A stretch of 35,122 nucleotides of DNA from Octopus bimaculoides (GCF_001194135.2 NC_068996.1:20588487-20623608); one strand, 5' to 3'. Positions 1-11,843 are shown, numbered from the stretch's first letter. The notes: generated from the sequence alone by a model not told the origin. Numbers and translations are program-made.

Positions 1-72
<72 letters not shown>
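1..72. repeat. Compound (TA)n(GA)n microsatellite
   Basis: Seen directly. Other long microsatellites at about 1160-1210 (TG/CA), 11772-11840 (TG), 14859-14946 (TA/TAAA/CA), 16818-16870 (TA), 25094-25150 (GAT/GATA/CA), 26168-26215 (TAA) and 29475-29515 (CT/CA). Confidence 0.97.
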
Positions 73-76
<4 letters not shown>

Positions 77-444
77 TAGACAAAATTATCTTAGCATCAA
101 AATGAATTTTTAACCAGATTTCTTACACGGAATAAGGCAAACTAATCATTTTAATACAGTACAACCTAACAGAAATAAGAAATAATTTCTCTTAAATTGG
201 CAAATAGAATGTGTGGTGCTTAGGAGAGCAACTGCTGCTGTTGGCCAGGTTTCACAATGAATGAATTCATGGATATGTGAGAGAGAGATATAACAAAAGT
301 TAGGTATGAACTAATGTTTTCTTTTCAATAATTCCCCAAACTATATCAAACAATTTTTTAAGACAACATAATTTCCTATTACCCAATAATAGAAGTACTT
401 TAGAAAAATCAAAATATATCAATTAGGTTATGGCTGGAAGATAA

Positions 445-725
445 CAATTTACTCAAAGTTGCTTCCCTCAACTTCCACCATGGCCTCAAAACAGCTCCAG
501 AACCTGGCACATGTGTTCCTCACTGTGTCCTTGGAAAGATCTTCAGACATTTCCTTGATGTTGGCTACCAGCTTGGCCTTGATGTAGCAGACAGAGCAGT
601 TGGTGTCTTTATCAACCCCCCCCCCCTCCACACACACACACACAATAATCCATGGGATTACAATTGGAGGAAATTAGGAGGCTAGAAATTGGAGTTGGTG
701 CAGTTGTAGAAATTCTCCAACATCT
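445..725 (-). mobile_element. Decayed Tc1/mariner-superfamily transposase C-terminus
   Basis: Translation ...KAKLVANIKEMSEDLSKDTVRNTCARFWSCFEAMVEVEGSNFE* resembles Tc1/mariner C-termini. A decayed WPPNSPD-like segment lies near 650-700, interrupted by a C/(CA)n tract. Confidence 0.65.
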
Positions 726-1157
726 GATTCTTTCTGAGGGATGTGGGGTGTGAGAAGGGGCCAAATCCTGCTACCACACACATACATAGCCTTCCAGCAG
801 CTTCACATAACCATCTAAATTGACACTAAGGCCCTGTTCAAAGATGTGAGTATGAATTCTGGCATTCAGCTACACTCAGATTGCCTGCTGTGTCCCTTCC
901 TGCTAGCCACGGCTTCACACTCTCCATTGCAGCTGTCCCTGTCACATCTACAGCTTTTACAGTGTTCACAAAGCATTGAGCAGCAATCATGATGTTAGTA
1001 TTTTAATGCCCTGCACAAATCATAATACAGGTAACTTTCCCAGTATTCAGATGACTTCCAGTCAGCTAACTTTTTTTTTACAACTGACTGCTCAATGCAT
1101 AAAACAATTCTTGAAAAAAGGAAACAAAAAAAAATTGTCAAATACAGCCCAAATATC

Positions 1158-1197
<40 letters not shown>

Positions 1198-2199
1198 ACA
1201 CACACACACATAATATATATCATCATCATTTATTGTCCATCTTCAATGCATGCATGGGTAGGATGGTTGACAGAAGCCGACCAGGTAGATAATCTACCCA
1301 AGGCTACTGTGTCTGTTTTGGTAGGGATTTTACAGCTGGATGCCCTTCTTAACACCAACCGCTCCACAGAGTGGACTCAGTGCTTTTTAGGTGGCACTGA
1401 CAGAGCCGATGTTAGTTTTGGCAAGATTTTTACACCTGGATTCCCTTTCAGATGCCAACCATATTAGTGTGGACTGGATGCTTTTAATGGACGTTAAATG
1501 ATGATGATATATGATTTTATTTGAACAAATCAACCCTAGTACATATTTTTTATTCTACTGGTCTCTTTTACCCAACTGTTAAATTACAGGAATGTAAACA
1601 AATCAATACAGGTTGCCCAGAAGTGGTGGGGACCAAATACAGGCACAAACATATGCACATACGACAGGCTTCCACAGTTTCTGTCTGCCAAATTCACTCG
1701 CAAGGCGTTGGTTGGCTTGGGGGATATAATAAAATACAGTTCAACAAGCTACTGTGCAGTGGACTAAACCTGAAAGAATGTGGTCACAATATGAGCCTAA
1801 CTATGAGAAGTAAAAAAAACAAACCCCACATGGCTCTGGGTTCAGTCCCACTGCGTGGCACCTTGGGCAAGTGTCTTCTTCTATAATCTCGGGCCAACCA
1901 AAGCCTTCAAACTGAAATAAGCCCGTCGTATAATGTATATATATGTGTGGCTATGTCCCCCCCCACCTTTGCTCGACAACCAGCATTAGTGTGTTTATGT
2001 CCTTGTAACTTAGTGGTTCGGCAAAAGAGACCAATAGAATAAGTACCAGGCTTTAAAAAAATAAATCCTGGGGTTGATTTGTTCCACTAAAACCCTTCAA
2101 GGCAGTGCTCCAGCATGGCCGCAGACAAATGACTGAAACAAGTAAAAGAAAATAAAAAAGTAAAATTAAACAAACAAACGTAATGAAACTGAAATTTAC

Positions 2200-2390
2200 C
2201 TTCTTGTGCCAAATATCTGACATAGGTCAGAAGCCAAAACCGATATTCTGAACCTGACTGCAATGCTAGACATGCTGCTAACTGGTTGCATAAGTGAGTT
2301 AATGTAGCACACTGCTGCACATTTGCACCAGATGATCCACTTGATGAAGGCATCGATGACTGATACATACGTGTAGCCTGAGTACCGGAT
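2200..2390 (-). CDS. HIRA: HIRA exon: SGTQATRMYQSSMPSSSGSSGANVQQCATLTHLCNQLAACLALQSGSEYRFWLLTYVRYLAQE(G)
   Basis: 191 nt, ttttactttttcag acceptor, AAG|GTAAAT donor, phase 2 to 1. Carries the hallmark HIRA TLxxLxNQ...EYRxWLLxYxRYL motif. Confidence 0.96.
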
Positions 2391-2619
2391 CTGAAAAAGT
2401 AAAACAGCTCACTGTTTACAAGACATTTTTTTTGTTTACTTTCTTATTTTTCATTCTAAAACTCCTTCAAATATTAGACCAGAATATGGAGGTGAGATAA
2501 TTTTACTTTCACATTACTTTAGTAAAAATAGACACAATAACTGGACTGTTGACTACAGGGTCTGAAGTTCAAACCTTAATATTGATATTGCAATGAACAT
2601 AAATCCCCTTCAAACTAAT

Positions 2620-2877
2620 CTACGAAACTGAATAAAAAGTATCTAATCTCTATATTTAGCAGGGTGAAGGACAACTGTTTAAACATATGTCACACACAAA
2701 AATGGAAAATAGCAAAAAACTTGCAGATGAAATGGTTCTATTTAATAACTACGAAACTGAATAAAAAGTATCTAATCTCTATATTTAGCAGGGTGAAGGA
2801 CAACTGTTTAAACATATGTCACACACAAAAATGGAAAATAGCAAAAACCTTGCAGATGAAATGGTTCTATTTAATAA
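2620..2877. repeat. 129-bp tandem duplication, 2 copies
   Basis: 2620-2748 and 2749-2877 differ by one substitution (GCAAAAAACTTG vs GCAAAAACCTTG). Confidence 0.95.
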
Positions 2878-3155
2878 AATTGTCATTTATTTAGAATAAG
2901 GACAAATACAATAAATAATCAAATGAAGGGATTTCTAATAAAAAGAGGGCCCTTCTCTGTAGCACTACAAGGGAATAAGTTATAAAGAATTAATCTAATA
3001 TTTTAGATAAATAGAAAATAGATTGATTGGAATAGTAAAAAGTGAAAAAAAAAAAAAAAAAGAAAGAAAAAAGATTGAAATCAATTTGGATTTCTGTTTT
3101 TGGTCCAAAACAAATTTTGTTAAAGAAGGTTATAATAAATCTATGAGTCTATTAC

Positions 3156-3278
3156 CGTTCTTGTGTTGACTGTAATGAAGACAAGGCACCATCCGAAGAA
3201 ATTGTTTCAAAGGCTGGTGTGCAATTATAATGATCAGAATGTCGTTGTAAAGGATCAACTTTACTAGTAATCCAAACC
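3156..3278 (-). CDS. HIRA: HIRA exon: VWITSKVDPLQRHSDHYNCTPAFETISSDGALSSLQSTQE(R)
   Basis: 123 nt, ctttcatttcag acceptor, CG|GTAATA donor, phase 2 to 2. Corresponds to human NLVSDKQDSLAQCADF...GPLAIIQ. Confidence 0.92.
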
Positions 3279-3561
3279 CTGAAATGAAAGATATAATAAA
3301 ATTATTAAACCTTTCAGAAAGATAAACCTATCATGTCTTTCATCTCAATAAGAACCAAATTAATTGAACACAGCATAATTATGACCAAGTAGTATGAGTA
3401 GTTAAACAAAATAACAAATTATTTTCTTTAATTAAATGTGTTCATTAACTCTGGAGTTAATTGCTGCATGTTGAAAGATTTTTAACTTTAAACATATTAA
3501 TATTTCTCACAACAAATCACAGTTGTATTTTATGGAACATTCACTTTAAATGATTTATATA

Positions 3562-3615
3562 TATCACAACTGTCTGATGAGAGGGAATATGAAACTGAGT
3601 AACAATCTTGTGATA
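3562..3615 (+). ncRNA. Type I hammerhead-ribozyme-like motif (stem II degenerate)
   Basis: CTGATGA (3574-3580), GAAAC-TGA-GTA (3591-3601), stem I TGT/ACA plus TATCACAA/TTGTGATA. The intervening GAGGGAATAT cannot form a proper stem II. Confidence 0.5.
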
Positions 3616-4148
3616 ATTTTGCAGCTTTAATAAATTGTACATTACTCTACCTTTGGTATTCGAGTACTATTTTTCACACCTTGTGTGTGTGTGTGTGTGT
3701 ATATATATATCATCATCGTTTAACGTCTGCTTTCCATGCTGGCATGGGTTGGACAGTTTGACTGAGGACTGGCAAGCCAGAAGGCTGCACCAGGCTCCAA
3801 TCTGATCTGGTAAAGTTTCTACAGCTGGATACCCTTCCTAATGCCAACTACTCCAAAAGTGTAGTGGGTGCTTTTACATGCCACTAGCACAAGGGCCAGT
3901 CAGCAGTACTGGCAACGGCCACACTCAAATGGTGTTTTTATATGCCACCTGCACAGGGACCAGTCCAGTGGCACTGGCAATGACCATACTCGAATGTTGT
4001 TTTTCACGTGCCACCGACACAGGTGCTAGTAAGGCAACGCTGGAAACGATCACGCTCGAATGGTGCTTTTAACATTCCACTGGGATGAGCAGTAGAAGGA
4101 TATAATCATATTCTGTTCTTGATATTTTGAGGAAATCTCTATGTAGCA

Positions 4149-4192
4149 ACTGGCTAGAAATAGCCAAATCTCTTTGGCTATTTCTAGCCAGT
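4149..4192. repeat. Perfect 20-bp inverted repeat with a 4-nt loop, core of a larger imperfect palindrome (~4105-4255)
   Basis: ACTGGCTAGAAATAGCCAAA-TCTC-TTTGGCTATTTCTAGCCAGT, extended by AAATCTCTATGTA/TACATAGAGATTT. Confidence 0.95.
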
Positions 4193-4568
4193 ATAATTGT
4201 TACATAGAGATTTCTCCCTAAAATCACATACCACCATAAAAGAATACAGAATAATAATGAGTTGGATAAAAGGAAGGCAAATCTACACTTGAATAAGTTG
4301 ACAGAATAATCACATCTGGAACATATTTTTGATTTAGTTGAATCAATGATGAGGAGGAGAGCCTAAACATTAACTTGGCTACATTTCAACCCACAGTAGG
4401 TATCCCTATAGAGCTTTGTACAATAGATACAAATACATATTTTTTGCTTTATCATTTTCACGTCAAAATTAATTTTTTCCATGGGAAATTATATACCATT
4501 TGAAAGCTTTGGATGTGAACTTTTCTCTCATATAGTTTTAATTAAAATTCGACACTTACATATCATGC

Positions 4569-6056
4569 CAGGGGCCCTCAAACACCCTGGTATTTTCACA
4601 AATTTTCCAAGTTTGTCCTGTTTTCTTTCTTTTCTGTCTGCTGAATGGTAGCTGTCGTTTTAATTCAATGCACTCAAGTGCCATAACTCAAGTTTTGTTC
4701 AAAATTATATATGCATATAGGTGAATGTTAGAGCTTTATTTTGATATAAAACTCAATGTGTGTGTGTGTGTGTGTGGGGTTTAGATCAGATAAGTGTTAT
4801 GAAATATAAAAGTGAAAATCTCATTGTTAATTATCACTTAGAAAGGAACAAAATTTCTTGAAGATTTTTATACCATAAGAAAACAAATTTCTTACTAAAT
4901 CATCATGGACATTGCTGATTCAGGCCAAGGTATGGCAAAAAAGCACAAAGTGAAAAAAGAGAGTGGTACACTGACACTTATTGCATATCATTTACACATA
5001 TTGATGCCACTTGTCACACTGATGGATTCTCACTTGGTGAATTCAAGGATTCAAAAATTGATTTTGATCCAGAATTTCAAGAAATGGGCAAATTAATTGG
5101 TAAGTAAACATATTTCTTTGAGAATTTTGCACTAAATTGAGTTAAATTGGGCCTCTCCAAAATTAGCATGTAATCGTCATATTGATAATATAGTTTATTC
5201 CTTTTCAATTTGTATCAAGCAATGTATGAATTTTATCTTGTACAAGTGAATTTTGTATTTCTTAAAGAAATATTTGTGCCTATTTTTGCCAATAAAAATT
5301 ATATTGTGCAATTTACATTATTTTGTAAGCTATTAAAAGTCCAATGTGATTTTTAAAAATTTCTTTCCCCGATTTTGAATACAGTCAGATATTTTTGTCA
5401 TAATGTTTACATTTTCACAAGTGCTGAATTTCACATTTATATTTCGTAATGATTATCTGACCTACCACCATTGAGATCATCATCATCATCATCATCGTTT
5501 AACGTCCGCTTTCCATGCTAGCATGGGTTGGACGATTTGACTGAGGACTGGTGAAACCGGATGGCAACACCAGGCTCCAGTCTGATTTGGCAGAGTTTCT
5601 ACAGCTGGATGCCCTTCCTAACGCCAACCACTCAGAGAGTGTAGTGGGTGCTTTTACGTGTCACCCGCACGAAAACGGCCACGCTCGAAATGGTGTCTTT
5701 TATGTGCCACCTGCACAAGCCAGTCCAGGGGCACTGGCAACGATCTCGCTCGAAAATCCTACAGGAGCCAGTCAGGCGGTACTGGCAACGGCCACGCTTA
5801 AAATGGTGCATCTCATGTGCCACCCGCACAAGAACCAGTCCAGGGGCACTGGCAACGATCTTACTTGGCTTGCCGGGTCTTCTCACGCACAGCACATCAA
5901 AATAAACTCTAAAAACAATTCTCTACCTGTGTGTATGATTATCAAAAGAATTTGAGTTATAGCATTCAAGCGCATTGAAGTAGATCAAGGGCTACAGTTC
6001 AAAAGTCAGAATACTTTGTGAATGGGTGGAAATACCAGGGTGTTTGAGGGACCCTG
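4569..6056. mobile_element. Non-autonomous DNA transposon with 31-bp terminal inverted repeats and a nested SINE
   Basis: CAGGGGCCCTCAAACACCCTGGTATTTTCAC at 4569 vs reverse complement CAGGGTCCCTCAAACACCCTGGTATTTCCAC ending at 6056 (2 mismatches). Imperfect subterminal inverted similarity (~4672-4700 vs ~5953-5980). No TSD found. Confidence 0.75.
5478..5900 (-). mobile_element. SINE/LINE-tail family C with (GAT)n tail and internal ~55-60-bp subrepeats
   Basis: On + it begins (ATC)n-GTTTAACGTCCGCTTTCCATGC. Related copies at about 1217-1510, 3710-4085, 16005-16500, 17890-18090 and 34688-34880, and in opposite orientation at 7590-7795, 25024-25110 and 34900-35095. Strand is inferred from the tail. 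Confidence 0.8.
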
Positions 6057-6732
6057 ACAGCTAAGTTTAAACAATAAAACTATAGATTAAAACTATATGA
6101 GAACAAAGTTCACATCCAAGTTATGTGTACTTTTCCAAAGAAGATAAGTATTTTGTCATGAAAATGATGTACCAAAAAATGGGTTTTTGTGTGTTCAAAC
6201 TGAGTTCTCCAAGGATACATTTTATGATTTTTAAAAAATTCCTCATATGCATTACAGTACCAGCAGTCTTCTCTCTTACACACTACATCTAATGAACCAT
6301 ATACCCAGAACATTCATAATTCAAATATATACAGGCATGTGGTAAGAAGCTTGCTTCCCAACCACATGGTTCCGGGTTCAGTCCCACTGCATGACACCTT
6401 GGGCAAGTGTCTTCTGCTATAGTCTAGAGCTGACCAAAGCCTTGTGAGTGGATTTGATAGACAGAAACTAAAAGAAGCCCGTTGTATATTTATATATATA
6501 AAATGTTTGTGTGTCTGTGTTTGTCTCCACCACCATTGCTTGACAACCAATGTTGGTGTGTTGAAGTTCCTGAAACTTAGTGGTTCAGCAAAAGGCACCC
6601 ATAGAAAAAGTACTAGGCTTACAAAGAATAATTCCTGGGGTCAATTTGTTTGACTAAAGGCGGTGCTCTAGTCAAATGACTGAAACAAGTAAAACAAAAT
6701 AAAAATACAGCCAGTCAAACTTTAATATTTAC

Positions 6733-6835
6733 CAGCTTCCAAATTCAGAAGAGAATGTATATGTTCGGTTGTTGGATAGAGAAATTATTGGTATCCCTTT
6801 TTGACTGACTTGGGCTTTTTCAATGAGATCCATTT
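6733..6835 (-). CDS. HIRA: HIRA exon: MDLIEKAQVSQKGIPIISLSNNRTYTFSSEFGS(W)
   Basis: 103 nt, catttcag acceptor, TG|GTAAAT donor, phase 1 to 2. Matches human TQHGIPVMNLSDGKAYCFNPSLSTW. Confidence 0.93.
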
Positions 6836-6934
6836 CTGAAATGGTAAGAATGTAGAATATATAGAAAACATAAAATCAATACAGAAATAACATTTCCAAA
6901 CATATAAAAATGATTATAATATGCAGATAGGGAG

Positions 6935-7530
6935 AGAAGAAGGTTTGGTAATAGGGGATCCTTAGAAATAGTAGACAGTTTCCATTACTTAGGTGACCAA
7001 GTTAGCAGTGATGGAAGTTTTTCTGAAAGCATAGCCACTAGAATAAGAATAGGCTGGGCAAAGTTCAGGGAGCCTTTACCTTTCTTTGTTAGTAACAAAG
7101 GGCCTCTCCCTCAGAGTGAAAGGCAGTTTGCATGATGCCTGAGTACAAACAGTTATGCTACATGACAGTAAGACATGGGCTGTGACTGCTGAGGACATAT
7201 AAAAGCTTGAAAGTAATGAAGCCAGTATGCTCCACTGGATAGGTAATGTCAAAGTGTAAGTGATTTGAGAGGAAAACTGGGTATATGGGACATCAGATAT
7301 AGTGTGCAAAAGAGAAGACTACACTGGTACAGTCATGCAATACATAAGAATGATGGCAGTTGCATCAAGAAGTGCTGGGCTCTAATTGAAGAGGGGATGT
7401 GGGGAAGGAGTAGACCCAGGAAGACGTGGGACAAAGTGGTGAGAAAGGATCTTCAGATGGGCCTCGCAAAGGGGATGACAAGGGACCTAGACTTCTGAGG
7501 TTTTTCTGTGCTTGAAAAGACACGTCAAGC
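6935..7530 (+). mobile_element. RTE-clade LINE 3' fragment (RT thumb/C-terminus), decayed
   Basis: Frames read VDSFHYLGDQVS, RIRIGWAKFRE, KGLSLRVKG, RRLHWYSH, GRSRPRKTW, with stops and frameshifts. Confidence 0.9.
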
Positions 7531-10107
7531 TAAGTAAATATGTAGTCATCCTTGCATCCCTCTTCAGCTGGGCATTCCTAATCTTGTGGGCTCATGTATG
7601 CCAGTACCAAATAAAAAACACCCTAGACACACTGTAAAGTGGTTGGCATTAGGAAGGGCACCAACTATAGAAACTATGTCCAAAGTAGACATGGGGTTCA
7701 GCTAGCTCTCCAGCTGGCCAGCTCCTGTCAAACTTCCCAACCCACGTCAGCATGGAAAGCAGGCATTGAATGATGATGATGGTGATGATAATAAATAGAA
7801 TTAAAAACATGAGAACATATACATTAGTATTTTTCATCAGTAGAATTTACAGAGTGACTCAAGGGCTGATAGTTTTGTGAATGGCACTTATCAAATTGTG
7901 TGCATGTGTGTGTGTATATACACACACACACACAACTATATCTATCATGTCACAGGCCCTCAATTCCTGAAGGGGCCATGAGGGTGTTATCAAGATATGG
8001 CATGTCTTGGGCATTGATCTAGACCTTGCCGAGCCTGATCTCTGTCAATGTCTTCCAGGAAAATAGAGAAACATATAGAGAAGAGAAGAATACTGACCCC
8101 AACAAGATTAATATTTTATTGGCTCCAAAAAGATTGAAGTGCAAAGTGGCCCATGGCAGTATTTGAACTCAGACTGCAGGGAGCGAGAATAAATACAGCA
8201 AGACAATTTATCTGATGCTCTAATGACTTGGCAATTCACTTTATTAGTTATTTGGAACATAAGGTTTTATATCAGATACAGGGAACCTGCTGAGAACTAT
8301 GCTACCACCATGGGAGAGCCACTTTCACTACCTTTCAACTTATATTGGTATCAGAACATTACAGAAAGTTTGAGGTACAAAAGGGTTTTTTAATTTTTTT
8401 TATTAACATCATCACCTAACTACCATTTTCCAAGCTGGCATAGGTTGGATGGCTCGACACGAACTGGCAGGACTAGGCTTCTAAAGAATAAATCCTGGGG
8501 TCGATTTGCTCGACTAAAGGCGGTGCTCCAGCATAGCCACAGTCAAAAGACTGAAACAAGTAAAATAAAAGAAAAGATAGGAAACTGAACCCTGTTATTA
8601 CCTGCTGCACCTTCCACCCTCACAAATATCGGAGGGAATTTAGCAAGAAAAGTCACAAGAAAACTATCAACAAACTAATGATGTAATGTCTGTTTCACTG
8701 TTTAAAATAAATATATGATTTTGTTCACACGGTTGTGTAGTAAAAAGTTTGTTTCCCAACTACATGGTTCTGGGTTCAGTCCCACTATGTGGTATATCAG
8801 ACAAATGCCTTCTACTATAAGCTTCAAGTTGTCCAAAACTTTGTGAGTATATTTGGTAGGCAGAAACTGAAAGAAGCTCTTCGAGTGTGCATACGTCTGT
8901 GTTTTTCTTTGTTTGTCCCCACCACCACTTGACTATGAGTGTTGGTATGTTTATGTCCCCATAATTTAGCAGCTCGACCTAAGACACTGATAGAATAAAA
9001 AAAAAAAAAAGTACTGCAACCGATTTGTTCAACTGAAACCCTTTACAGCAGTGCCCCAGCATGGCCACAGACCAATGACTGAAACAAGTTAAAGATAAAG
9101 ATTAGCTGTAATGTCATTATATATAAATGTTATCATGGTGCTCATGGTATTTCAATCAAATGTGAAATCCTTTTCACGGAATTCATTCTTATTCACTCTG
9201 AAAAACCCTTCATTTCTCCGACTATGTGATAAAAATAAATTTAGTCAATTACATAAAACAATCATATTATATTACGGAGATGTATTTGCATAGCAAGTGA
9301 TCTGATTTGAGATCGTGTGCTGAAACAAAAACAATTGCAGCGTGGAAGGTGTTTATAAGACATTTAAAAACACAAAAACTGTTAGATTCACTTCCACATT
9401 TAAATTTAATTTGTCAAAATATTTTCATTGCTTTGAAACCACAACCTGTTTACTGACAAAATTCCGTGCTAATATTATAAAACTATAATTTAACATTAAA
9501 TTAAATTATATTTAACATTTAAGTGATGCAATTTGTAAATATGTCACCGTGACCTATTTAAATAAAACAGTTTTAAATAGAAATATTACATTTCTAATTA
9601 ATAATATTGAAAAAAAAGGAAGATTTGTTTTTTGTTTTCTTTTATTAAAATTTGAAGTTTTACGTGGAATCTTACGGTTTTTCTCTTACTTTCTACAAGT
9701 TATAGGAAACCTTGAGCAGCAAATTATGAGACCGCCACCTCTCAATACACACACAGAGCATATCTACAATTTGAAGTGCTGAGTTTACCTATATGGCATT
9801 CTTTAAAAATGGAATACAGTTTCTCCATTGTTTTTATTTAAAATCTTAAATAAAATGCAATTTTGTTCACAAACGTGAAATGTCATTAATAGCATTTAAA
9901 TGCGATATTTTCTTTTACTAGCCATTAATTTCTCATCATCTCATTCACAACTCTACAGTTGGTTGTTTCAAAACCCTGATAGGTAATGGAATGATGGGAA
10001 TTATATACAACTGATATTAAAATGAAATTAGTAGGTGGGTGAGGCTGACAGGGTAATTAGAATACAAAACTCAACAAGCAAAAAACTACGAAAAAAATAT
10101 CCCTTAC

Positions 10108-10166
10108 CATTCATGATAATGTTAAGATTTTCATTACTGATTACAGAACATTTTTGAGAGAGATTC
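10108..10166 (-). CDS. HIRA: HIRA exon: NLSQKCSVISNENLNIIMN(E)
   Basis: 59 nt, tttttttacag acceptor, ATG|GTAAGG donor, phase 2 to 1. Position and length correspond to human DVHRQVVVVKEESLHSILAG. Confidence 0.9.
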
Positions 10167-10765
10167 CTGTAAAAAAATTAATATAATGATAATGATGTAA
10201 ACTGCATGTGCATCATTCATTCATTCACACACACACACAAATAAAGGAAAAAACAGTTTGAATACACAGGAGGAAACTGCAAGATGCATGATTGGGTGGG
10301 GGGGGACATAGTTGTGTCTAAGTGTACATTTGTGAGAGGATGTGTATGTGTGTGTGATTGTTTGGTTGGTAGTGTGAAAGTTTGTATTTGTGGACTATGT
10401 GAGTGTATAAATGCATACATGTGCATGGCAATGAAACATAGAGCATAGAGTGAAAAAGAAAAAGTCAAGTAAAAAAACACTTTCACAACCATATTTTTCC
10501 TTCGCAGGTAATATTTCAGATGTTCTATTCAAATTTCACTAATTTTGGACAGCCTTGATAATGTGCTAACATATATTTTTGAGGATATTAATATCAATTT
10601 TAATATTTTATATAAACATATATATGTATATGATGATGCAATAGAAACAATTGTCGGTTTTATAAGGTGAGATCTATAACAAAGATATAATTTTCTCTAA
10701 ATGTATTTTTGTTGTTAAATACTCTTAATTTCTTGAAACTCTGCAACAAGATATTTGGACCTACT

Positions 10766-11586
10766 ATGTATAAAATTGAAAATGAAAAACATTTTCATCA
10801 GTTAATATTCTTTTATTTCCAGAAAGGTAAAAACGCTGCACAAATAGCAAAAGAGATATGTGCTGTTTATGGAGATGGTGTCATAGCTGAAAGTACTGTT
10901 TGTAATTTTGAAAATTTTGACCTGGAAGATTGTGAATGTTCTTGGCAGGCCTACAGTGGTTGATAATGAACAAATCGAGACTTTAATAAAAAATAATCCG
11001 TGTCGCACAATGTGAGACATTGTGGAGATTCTCTACGTATGTCATGTGAGCGTTAAAAACACTCAGCAACATGAATTGCAATGATGTTTGGGTGCCTCAT
11101 AACTTAACAGGAAAAAAACTTAAAGCACATTTCTATTTGTGATTCTCTGCTTAGATGAAACAAAAATGATCTATTTTTGAAAAGAATGATCACATATAAT
11201 GATAAATGGATTATTTACAGCATAAAACAAAAAAAAAAAGGTCCTGGGGGAAAATAAGACAAACCACCATCACTCTCTCCAAAAGCTGGTTTATATCCGA
11301 AGAAGGTGATGCTCAGTAATCTGGTGGGACTGGAGGGGCATTGCATATTCTGAGCTACTTCCACAAAATCAGACGTTAAATTCGGACTATTATTGTTCCC
11401 AATTAGACCGATTAAAGAATTGGCCAACTGAAAGGGTGTAGTCTTACATCAGGACAATGCCAGACTGCATGTTTCTTTGTAGACCCAGCAGAAATGTGTG
11501 CAGCTTCGGTGGGATGTCCTACCCCCACCCACTGTACTCACCTGATCTTTGCACCTTCAGATTATCATTTATTCTGATCCTTGCAA
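10766..11586 (+). mobile_element. Decayed mariner (DD34D-type) transposase, truncated by an N gap
   Basis: Motifs FYFQKGKNAAQIAKEICAVYGDGVIAESTV, VWVPHNLT, DKWIIY, HQDNAR, HPLYSPDL across several frameshifts. Confidence 0.92.
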
Positions 11587-11771
11587 NNNNNNNNNNNNNN
11601 NNNNNNNNNNNNNNNNNNNNNNNNNNNNNNNNNNNNNNNNNNNNNNNNNNNNNNNNNNNNNNNNNNNNNNNNNNNNNNNNNNNNNNNNNNNNNNNNNNNN
11701 NNNNNNNNNNNNNNNNNNNNNNNNNNNNNNNNNNNNNNNNNNNNNNNNNNNNNNNNNNNNNNNNNNNNNNN

Positions 11772-11843
<72 letters not shown>

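Noticed and set aside
1-2199. Terminal HIRA exon(s) encoding the RLRExCxxLLGP segment
   Set aside because: No matching phase-1 exon found by manual scan; it probably lies before position 1.
5551-5955. ORFs of 85-134 aa here and similar ones at 3878, 16071-16500 and 34697-35087
   Set aside because: They lie entirely within copies of a GC-richer SINE family; recurring peptides reflect the repeat, not genes.
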